Notes under the pieces: generated by a model
Told to the model about the DNA's origin: nothing
Database searches by the model: none
The model's input: only the letters and a program-made list of their open reading frames with translations
Translations under genes and position numbers: made by a program
DNA from: Lytechinus pictus
Taxonomy: Eukaryota
DNA: 64,000 nucleotides
Direction of reading: 5' to 3'
Assembly (NCBI RefSeq): GCF_037042905.1
Contig: NC_087256.1
Location: 24,242,001-24,306,000, forward strand
In this document: positions 55,201 through 64,000 of the stretch, one piece after another
Layout of the letters: the number at the start of each line of letters is the position of its first letter
Position numbering within the stretch: position 1 is the first letter of the stretch

Positions 55201-58200
55201 CTATACAGTACACAATCATTGCGAATTATGATCCCCTCGAATTAAAATATCATCATTGATTAACATAATTTCTTTAAACATATTTATATCTCTCTGCAAA
55301 TATACTTCTCGTTGGTATATCTTGTCATAGCTACTATCGAGAGAAGAGATAGAATACATAACCCAAGATGGCGTCGTCCGTACCTCATCCGTTAAATCAT
55401 GGGGCTTGGATCGTATTGATCAGCGATATCTACCTCTAGACGGGACAGCAGATTTTACAGGTATTAACATATTCACACTGCAAAAACACCGGTGTTGATT
55501 TAACACCAACTTGGTATCTATATCGGTCCACATCAGAGAGGTGTTGAAAAAACACCGGTTTGGTGTTAGGCTAACACGAATTCAGCATTTATGCAACACC
55601 AATTATTGTTAAACTAATATCGGTTTGATTCTTAGATACTTGGCTCGTGTTAAATCAACACCGGCGTTTTTGCAGTGCATCTATGATATCTGCAGAGGGT
55701 GTTGTATGATATTATTTAATATTTATGAGATTTGACCAATGAGATTTGATCAAACAAGAATATATACATATATGTTCAAAATAAATTATAAAAGCTGAAT
55801 AGCGAGACGTATTATTCAGATCATGAAAGTTATATCCATGTCTTATGAAAAAGGTGCGCAATGTACGAAAGGCATTCTACGGGGTCGCATTAATATAACT
55901 TACGGGATGTGCCCTCATCTTTTTCTTTTTTTAATTCAGAGCCTTTAAATAAATTATGAATTAAGACTAATCATCTGGCACATGGGCCTATGGACATCCT
56001 GGGAGGGGTAATCAAGTAACTCTTTCTTTCTTATCCATCTTAACAGGTGACGGTACAGGTATCCATGCGTATATCATCGACACAGGGATCTATCCTGAAA
56101 GCGTATACTTTAATGGCAGAGCCAGTGTTGCCTTTGATGCGTACCGTGAAGAGGGGGCTGAAGATTACGTGAGTATTTATATGAGGGATTATTTTGAAAC
56201 TAGTTAGTCCGACGATTGGTGTGACCAATGGACGTAGAGGGCGTCAATGGCACTTTATGCTCGTTAGGTGTGACGACGAAGTATACTTCGGATACAATTC
56301 AACCGACGACAATTAAGAGGGAGAAATTACCACATCAGATTGGGATGCAAAATGAACACCTTTATTCAACAAGGCCTAGGCTGAACATGCCGGCTAATAT
56401 TTATACAATCATATGGTAGCTTCAAACAAACCAAACACAAACATTGGCGTAATACATTCTTCTTTCTTCCATCTTCATCTATGGAAAGCGAATTACCCAA
56501 ACACTGTGCTGCACCGAATTACAAGCACTACATTCTAGACTAAACAACCCTACAAATCGCATGATTCGAGTATCTAAAATAGTTCAAGTATTTCACTAGA
56601 AATCTGCATAAAAAGCACAAACTAGTATGTAACAACACTGCATGTATGGCCATGAACATGTTAAACAACAAACCTACACAATCAAGTAAAAAAAATACAA
56701 TACACGTATCTGCATAACTCTAGTTAGACTAGTATACTACAAAAGGCAATAGCTAATATAAATATGCAAGTTTAAAGGCATGTAAACTGTTCATTAACGT
56801 TAAATGAACAAACAATACCTACAACAACCAATATACAAATGCTTCTTCGTCCATCAACTTCTTACCGTGCATGACCACAAAAAAAATTACACAAAGGCCA
56901 AACATATGCTTAAAAAAAATACATCTATAAGGTATTTCTAAATTGACCAATATCTACTCACATTTCCATAACAGCGTGCCATTACAGGTAAACACAATAG
57001 TCAACCAATAAATCCGAATCAAAAGTTATTCCTTCCAATAGTTAAAAAAATGATGATCCATATTACTATCCCTCTTAATAAAAACAAATTATACACAGTA
57101 ACCATAAACCAAAATTCAAAACCGTAAAATTCAGGCATGTCGTGAAAAACAGTTCTCTCTTCCACTTGACCTACACTGATAAACCGTGTAAACAAGCTGA
57201 AACACATCTTAACTATGATATGCACTGTTGTGCCACCTGTATATCATAATTGTAAGGAACAATACAAAACAGGTACCTGTAACAGGGCGTATACAAGCTA
57301 AAAAACAAGTAAAACCAAATCTAAAAGGCATAAACACAAATTATGCACATGAAAACAGCTACACCATGGAGCGAAAAGGTGCGATCAAATATACTGGAAA
57401 TATCACAAATGAGGCCTTCATGTACATAAACCTGTCAACAATAAAAATCAAGAGTTCAAATCTAAACTATCAGTATTAAACAAAACAATAGCATAAAATT
57501 CCATTATGTAATAAGCTTACGGCTTACATCAGTATCCCAAAATAACAATAGCACAATCATAACAAACAAAAATATCTCACTCAAGGAATATTTACAATTT
57601 TTTTTACACAACTTCACTGGTCAGTGTTAAGTCCAATAAAAACTTACATGAGTACCCTTGGCTATTGTTAAAAAAAAATAACAAAATGTATGACAAAAAT
57701 AACCAACATAAATAACTGTACAGAAATTAAACTATATGTGTACAACTGGAGGCCCACTGCACCACCAACTGGTAAAAATAAAAAAACGATATCAAACTGG
57801 ACAAGATTAAAACATGTCTAAAATACTAACAGATCATGTGGTTATGGCATTAACATTAAAATGATAAAGAAACCAACAAAAACACTGTCATAAATATACA
57901 AAGACAAAGATTACAAATCGACAAGGAATAAATCACCATCAATATAGTCAATAACTGCGAATGTTCGAAAAAAGAGTAACAGCGGTCAAGTGAAAACAGT
58001 AAAAATAGTCCAACAATTCTTGCGGCGTAGAATGCGACGTGACCGGCTGCTGCTAACTAAAAACACTGATGCAGGGGACAGGCTGGGGGTGTGGAGGGGC
58101 CGGGGGAGGTGGGGTAATATCCGGCGCATAGCTAGCAAAGCGACCTATGTCTGGGCCTATGTCTGGACCTATGGACAACAGGTGTTGTTCCGAAGCAGAC

Positions 58201-61200
58201 CAAGTAGCGATGAGGGGTTACCTCGAGGATCATATAGAGCAGCGGCCATGGGGACCCAAGGTCGCGAAAGTCCATAGGCAAGTCGTAGTGAGGCCATCAA
58301 AATTCCTGTAGTAGGGCCCATCTTGAGGGTGGTGTGATGACAATCTCGGGCAGTTCCACTGGTACATGAAGTGGAGACATCGCGAACACGTTGGACGTCG
58401 GGGGGTCGACCCATGGGAACCGAGATGTTGGTACTCATAAGAACTGTACCCAGGCTGGGGATCACATCAGAGGCGGTATCCCTCACAGGCTGGTAGGTGG
58501 AGTCATCATGGTATCGGTCTAGAGGACATTGGAATTCCTCATCCTGGACAGTGGTGGCTATGGCATCAACCACAAAAGAGCTGGAGTGAACAACACCATG
58601 CTGGTAAATATGGACATCTGGGGGGTGTCCTTGGGGGACCAGGGCATCCTCAAGCTGAAGAGAATGTGGTGGATCCTGACGTAGATCAGGGATGGTACTT
58701 TGCTCAAAGCAGTCCATGGTGAACTTCCGATCAGCACCTGGATCAATGGCTCTAGTTGGGTTAACTGGAGATAACTGAATGTGAGACGATGGCTCGAGCA
58801 TATACAGGCGCAGTTGATGTGTTGTCATGTCAACGGAGGTACTGCTCGCTTGGCTGATAGCGAGACCGGCTATTCTATCATTCGTACATGCGAACTGAAC
58901 GGAGGTATTGTTAGTTTGGCCGATAGCGAGATCGAGAACGGCTATTCTATCATTAGAACATGCGAACCGAACAGAGGTATTGTTAGTTTGGCCGATAGCG
59001 AGATCGAGAACGGCTAGCCTATCGTTCGAATGTGTGAATCGAAAACGAGTGCCTGTATGTGAATGGTGCATGCACTGTTCGGGCGTGTGATGAGTGAACA
59101 GTGTATCAGAGCGCAAGAGCCTATCAGCCCCGTCAATGCAGGTAGAAGTTGGCACAATCTGGAAACCAGGAGTACTGCCAGGGATAACTGACAAGTCTTT
59201 GCACGTTTCATCTCTCTCTGATGAACCAACTTAGCGAACATTGCTATCAACAACATCACAGAAATTCAACTGATCTTTACTCGCACCAAGTGTGCAAGTG
59301 CCTGATAACATGTCAAGTGAAGGGGGATCACATCCCAGTCCAACAGTGAGTTCATGACCTTGGAAACGATCAGGCTCCGATAAACAATCATCATCGGTAG
59401 GAATACCCGGATTACATACCACATCATTGTGAGAACCATGATCATCATTAGCTACATGCATTGCCGACAACTCAGCAGCGCAACCATCAAGATTAACAGA
59501 ATGTGTTACAAGGTCGGTTAAATCTAAATCTCCGGACGATATAGCTCTAGACCCATCTAACTCAACGCTAAACCTCGAAGAATCGCTAGTGTGAACAGGC
59601 CTACTCCAATCACCTGTCACTCCAATGTTACGACCATAATGAAACACGTCATGACTACTTCTTCCATCTTCTCGCAAAGCAACGTCATCAACATCACGAC
59701 TGGGGATACCACCTTCGTCTGCATGTACAAAGCTAAACTCCTTGGCATTGTCTTTACGTTTATTTTCATCACTTCCTTCATCAGATCTCAACTCATCATT
59801 AACATTGTCTTCATGTTTATTTTCATCACTTCCTACATCACATCTCAACTCATTATCATTGACATTGTCTTCATGTTTATTTACATCACTTCCTTCATCA
59901 CATCTCAACTCAATATCATTGTCTTCGTGTTTATTTTCATCACATCTTTCAACGAATCTCAACTCATTATCATTGACATTGTCTTCAAGTTTATTTTCAA
60001 CACTTCTTTCATCACATCTGAACACATTGACTTCATATTTATTCTGATCACTTCTAATTCGATCATTACATCTGAACTCATTATCATTGACGTTGTCTTC
60101 GTGTTTATTTTCATCACTTCCTTCATCACATCTCAACTCACTGACATTATTTTTCTCACGTCCTGCATGTCTCAATTCATTGTCATTCAACTCATCTTCA
60201 CAACAATCAAGACTTTGAGTGTGACTGACATGATATTGGTAATTGTCATTAGCTAGCATTTGTCTGTCAAAACCAAAATGTATGCAAACAAGATCCCATA
60301 TGTCTGCAAGGGAAGTGGACTTATTTACAATAGAACCTCTGGCGATAATCGGGCAAGAAGCTGAAATTTGCCCCAGCATGAGTTCCAAAACCACAACTTT
60401 CTGAGCGGCTGTCTTACCGCCAGCAACGTCAAAGGAATCGTCAACAAAACCCCGTACGGTATTTGCCTTCGACTTCCTTTGCCATGAAATACTCTCCGAT
60501 AGAAAAGGCAAAAAATCAGTGTATGAACACAAATTCATCATTAAACTACGCTTCCACTCTAGGAAGGATTCGGGAGTCTCGTACCGACTCAACCTGCGCA
60601 ACTGTGCGGGCGCTTCCGCTGACTGCGTCATCGTATCGTACTATACGTGAGGCTATCAAAGCGTTACCTGTGTGTCGCTAACGCTGATGGAGCGATGAAT
60701 CAGCCAGTTCAAATTGCAAAAATCACTACAGCTATAGTCCTAAACTGTCGATGCGTGACCCAGTTTTGGCCTAAAAATTCCTATGTGGCAGGGAACGAAC
60801 CTAGCGCTGACACCACGACAATTAAGAGGGAGAAATTACCACATCAGATTGGGATGCAAAATGAACACCTTTATTCAACAAGGCCTAGGCTGAACATGCC
60901 GGCTAATATTTATACAATCATATGGTAGCTTCAAACAAACCAAACACAAACATTGGCGCGAAAGTTATGTCTGGTATAGACCTAGTTTCGGTACGTGTGG
61001 CTGCTGGTCACTGATTTCCCTATTTCAGATTTGCATGACATTACTGAGACAAATTACTAGTATACGAACAAGAGAAGGTTATTCCATAAATTATGTGTAA
61101 GATTATTCATAATGTGTGCACGGTATTTGTGGGGTCAGGGAATTAATATTGTTCTAAGATTGGTAGCTTGTTTCGGTTTTGCTTTGGTTGGTCGGGGTTT

Positions 61201-62118
61201 TTATGGGTGCCAAAACATCTAAGAAATATCAGTTATAATCACATTATTTATTTCATTATTTGAGGCAACATATAACTGATTTGATCCTTACAGGGCATTG
61301 ATTGCAACGGCCATGGAACGCACTGTGCGGGAATCATAGGCGGCGATGAATACGGAGTGGCCAGGGGTGCCAAGCTCTTTGGAGTGAGGGTGCTGAACTG
61401 CAAGGGGTCCGGTCCAACTAGTGACGTCATAGCAGGTATTAATATCCCGTCACATATAATATAAAAAGCACTAACACATGATGGTGTAATGGTTCCTCAG
61501 GACTAGACCATTGTGATTATTAATGGTCACCCGGTGCAGTCCTGTGGTGTTAGTGTTTGTGCTGAGGGTTGGAATAAGGTAACATAACCTATAGCTCGAA
61601 CACCGAGTGTTGGTGTATATAGGCCTACAAAAACGATAAGCCTCTTTCATTGATGCCTCAAAGCTTCGACTGGCATCCATTGCAGCAAGGCCTTATGCAG
61701 ATTTGTTTTAGGGGGGGCAGGACACGTAGCATTTTTTGAAGAAACTCAAAAGCAAGGAAGAGAAGCGACCGAGCTTGTGATAGGGGCGTTTCTGCATATG
61801 GAGGATTCCCTTCTTTTGATTAATTTTGTGAAAATTTTTTTTAAACAAATGTAGGTTGTCTAAATTTGTTGCTTTCGACGCTGAAATTGAATTTAACAAT
61901 AATGTATTCTCGATGTTTTAATCATTTTGCCAGGTATTGATTATGTGACTGAGAACGGAAAGAAACCCGCCGTAGCATCCATGTCACTCGGCGGATTTTC
62001 CAATAAGGCTATGGACAATGCCGTGGAAGGTTTGATTGCAGCCGGTGTCACCGTGGTCGTGGCGGCTGGAAATTTTGATATGAAAGCATGTTCATTCTCA
62101 CCTGCTCGAGTCAACGAG
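52272..62118 (+). CDS. Secreted subtilisin-like serine protease, S8A proteinase K/aqualysin-like, with I9 prodomain; 3'-partial (exons 52272-52385, 54628-54777, 55331-55460, 56047-56168, 61294-61435, 61934-62118)
   Basis: Signal peptide [17 protein letters not shown]; I9-like [27 protein letters not shown]; mature [10 protein letters not shown]; catalytic Asp YIIDTGI; catalytic His [11 protein letters not shown]; SMSLGG; oxyanion VVVAAGN; ACSFSPA. Exon phases are consistent and all introns GT-AG. The catalytic-Ser exon was not found in the window. Confidence 0.92.
54985..55117. repeat. Imperfect (GAT)n microsatellite in protease intron 2
   Basis: Direct inspection. Confidence 0.85.
55476..55677. 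mobile_element. EnSpm/CACTA-type MITE in protease intron 3
   Basis: TIR CACTGCAAAAAC(A/G)CCGGTGTTGATTTAACAC; 2-bp TSD CA. Confidence 0.75.
56307..56449 (-). repeat. 3' LTR (143 bp)
   Basis: Identical to 60816-60958; preceded on the minus strand by GAAGATGGAAGAAAGAAGAA-TGTATTA. Confidence 0.9.
58169..59194 (-). CDS. LTR element ORF2, unknown function; in frame with ORF1 after one TAA; contains 24-aa repeats
   Basis: 341-codon open frame (tracked from a TTG); NDR(L/I)[15 protein letters not shown](R/Q)FAC(S/T) about 2.5 copies; no pol motifs recognised. Confidence 0.5.
   Translation of the reverse strand: MSVIPGSTPGFQIVPTSTCIDGADRLLRSDTLFTHHTPEQCMHHSHTGTRFRFTHSNDRLAVLDLAIGQTNNTSVRFACSNDRIAVLDLAIGQTNNTSVQFACTNDRIAGLAISQASSTSVDMTTHQLRLYMLEPSSHIQLSPVNPTRAIDPGADRKFTMDCFEQSTIPDLRQDPPHSLQLEDALVPQGHPPDVHIYQHGVVHSSSFVVDAIATTVQDEEFQCPLDRYHDDSTYQPVRDTASDVIPSLGTVLMSTNISVPMGRPPDVQRVRDVSTSCTSGTARDCHHTTLKMGPTTGILMASLRLAYGLSRPWVPMAAALYDPRGNPSSLLGLLRNNTCCP
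59231..60631 (-). CDS. LTR element ORF1: Gag-like N-terminal ~120 aa plus acidic 20-aa tandem repeats (466 aa)
   Basis: ATG ~180 nt after the PBS. The N-terminus ([59 protein letters not shown]) resembles, from recall, the N-termini of invertebrate LTR-retrotransposon polyproteins. It is followed by ([20 protein letters not shown])-like repeats. Confidence 0.7.
   Translation of the reverse strand: MTQSAEAPAQLRRLSRYETPESFLEWKRSLMMNLCSYTDFLPFLSESISWQRKSKANTVRGFVDDSFDVAGGKTAAQKVVVLELMLGQISASCPIIARGSIVNKSTSLADIWDLVCIHFGFDRQMLANDNYQYHVSHTQSLDCCEDELNDNELRHAGREKNNVSELRCDEGSDENKHEDNVNDNEFRCNDRIRSDQNKYEVNVFRCDERSVENKLEDNVNDNELRFVERCDENKHEDNDIELRCDEGSDVNKHEDNVNDNELRCDVGSDENKHEDNVNDELRSDEGSDENKRKDNAKEFSFVHADEGGIPSRDVDDVALREDGRSSHDVFHYGRNIGVTGDWSRPVHTSDSSRFSVELDGSRAISSGDLDLTDLVTHSVNLDGCAAELSAMHVANDDHGSHNDVVCNPGIPTDDDCLSEPDRFQGHELTVGLGCDPPSLDMLSGTCTLGASKDQLNFCDVVDSNVR
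60805..60815 (-). other. Primer-binding site, probably tRNA-Leu
   Basis: TGGTGTCAGCG directly after the 5' LTR; resembles complements of tRNA-Leu 3' ends (TGGTGTCAG../TGGTGGCAGCG). Confidence 0.65.
60816..60958 (-). repeat. 5' LTR (143 bp)
   Basis: Identical to 56307-56449. Minus strand begins CGCCAAT and ends ATTGTCG (6/7 inverted match) and contains TATAAATA followed by AATAAA. Confidence 0.9.
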
Positions 62119-64000
62119 GTATAGGTACCAATTATGCGGTGTCCTTAAAAAGCCCACCTTAATGCAATATATCCATTATTATAGTAGAGCATATTCTTTA
62201 ACAACCTGAAAAAAGGGATCTGAGATAGAAATGTTTAACCCTAATAGGCCCGGGGCGGATTCCACCCCCAGGTACGCAATCAAGAAAATACATAACATTG
62301 TGTATCATTTACTAACTGCACGTCAGACCAAAAATTGCACAACTTGAATTCATGTACAAATCCAATGCAAATTGTACTTTTAGCCAAAATTCATAAAACA
62401 AACACAAACAACCGTATCTTTTTTCCCCCTATGACCTTACAAGCTCAGAAAGGATAAAGGCTTGTCTACAAAAATCTCTGTAGTTGGCACGAAAGTCGTT
62501 TTGCTATGGAAAGAGAAAAACACTAGAGAATGGAAAAGCTTCACTGAGTGAGTTTTTGTCTAGCTACATCATCTACTTACTATTTCAATCTCTTGTCTTC
62601 TTGAAGCAACTTGCAACTTCCATTGAAAACCACGTATAATTAATAACTGTTGCCTGATGTTAATTAACAATACTCTTGTTTTTCTATATACATCCAACCA
62701 GAAGCTACTTATAACTCACCTTGAATTATTGATATACTTTGTTCATTTAAAACATGAACGCTGTTCATGTTTGTCACTATGTCAATGATCGTTAATCTGT
62801 TTAAATACTACAGTGTAATAATTTTGAGTGCCTATAATGCATTTTGTTTGTGTACAATATAGACATATAGACGTTTTGATAGCAGAGATAAATTTTTTTC
62901 TATCTGATGCTATCAACATAAAAATTCTGATCTATCTTTGGCCAGAAAATAACTCATATATCTCTATCAATGGCTTTGCAATTACAATCTATATGCTTTT
63001 GGAACATTTGTTCTGGAGTGAAAGGTTCAATCCTATTATTAATATTTTAGCTATTCAACTCCTATGGTTATATCTGCCATTCTCCCGATACATTTTCGGG
63101 CAAATCCTTAAATACCGATCATTCGGCTTGTTGTTTTTGGGCTTGTCATCTTTTCTAGCTGAGGCTATTTATCACATGTAACATTTATTCACAAAATTAT
63201 GTAACTTATATACATGTTATTTGAGTATCTTAATTGCATTTTCTATATACAATATTGCTTGATTTGTTTCTAGCAAGAGATAGGTCTTCTTGCCGAAATT
63301 GTTCGGCTCTTCAAGTTGTCTTGCTTACAGATAGGCCTTGCTTGCCGAAATTCTTCGGCTCGCCAAGTTATCTTGTTTGGCCGTCTTAGCCTGTCATATG
63401 CTCATTGTTTACGCATCCCTCTTTTTTTCTTGTCTTATACGAAATATAGCTATATCTCATAAAGATGTTCATACGAAAATAAAATACTATTTTATCTTAA
63501 TTGAGAAGCTTTTAGGATTTTGTACTTGCATGATTTTCCTAATACTTAGTTTATATTATTACCTGTATAATAGCTTCCTTCAGAATGATTCAATACTTCT
63601 AGTAAATTACAACAGTTTGACCATTTTGTTGCCTACAATGACTTGTAACCCTTACTTTGGCAATTATTGGTGAGTGATTGTTACACAGCGAATTTGGCAT
63701 ATTTCTTTTTAACATCAAGTTTTGCCTGTAAAATGGAACTTCAATTAATGCTCTTGAAGTGTTTAGACTAGGTATACATAACTACATAACGATTTTCTCA
63801 CAATTAACAGTACTTATCCCTTCTTCATAGCTTGTTATAAGAAGCAATCATGAAAATTGTTATAGAATTTGGCTTCTAAACAAGAACTTCAATTTTATGT
63901 TGTGAGGTATATCTTCAGCTTTTGTATTTTCTGATTATCTGGTAATCATGAATCAAATGTTTTCATATAGTGTGATTATCACTTTAACGCGACAGCTGCA

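Larger units (their letters stand above)
56307..60958 (-). mobile_element. Non-autonomous LTR retroelement, Troyka-like (CG...CG LTR termini, 3-bp TSD CGA), in protease intron 4, antisense to the host gene
   Basis: Identical 143-bp direct repeats 56307-56449 and 60816-60958. CGA at 56304-56306 and 60959-60961. PBS-like TGGTGTCAGCG abuts the 5' LTR; polypurine tract near the 3' LTR. Gag-like ORF present; no RT/RNase H/integrase motifs. Confidence 0.88.

Noticed and set aside
59745-60200. Regular repeats resembling a CRISPR array, and hydrophobic or Ser/Leu-rich plus-strand ORFs (59591-60256, 59742-60047)
   Set aside because: Contiguous tandem units without unique spacers, eukaryotic context and no cas genes; the plus-strand ORFs are antisense translations of the repeat.
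62234-64000. Possible TTAA-CCC transposon start and short ORFs at the window end
   Set aside because: No matching right TIR or transposase motif within the window, and no protease exon 7 recognised.

Overview
Eukaryotic, AT-rich, intron-containing DNA. The repeat content (tRNA-derived SINEs with a CCCAGGTG..AATGGGTACC core, many non-autonomous hAT/Kolobok/Harbinger-type elements) suggests a marine invertebrate such as a sea urchin; this is inference. 1-30 kb is a young tandem array of 8.7-10.4 kb units, each with an intact 4-coding-exon SLC16/monocarboxylate-transporter-like gene on the minus strand. There are three complete near-identical copies, and 1-1132 looks like the upstream flank of a further copy to the left. 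30-41 kb is a transposon-dense spacer with nested elements. 43-49 kb holds a fourth, diverged paralogue whose stop codon now comes from a LINE inserted at the ancestral stop, and whose start codon and splice acceptor are tandemly duplicated. From 52 kb a secreted proteinase K/aqualysin-like S8 protease gene runs on the plus strand (6 exons seen, continuing past the window). Its intron 4 carries a very young 4.65-kb non-autonomous LTR element with identical 143-bp LTRs, CG...CG termini and a 3-bp TSD (Troyka-like). The element has no pol; it encodes a Gag-like N-terminus fused to repeat-rich sequence in one 820-codon frame broken by a single TAA.
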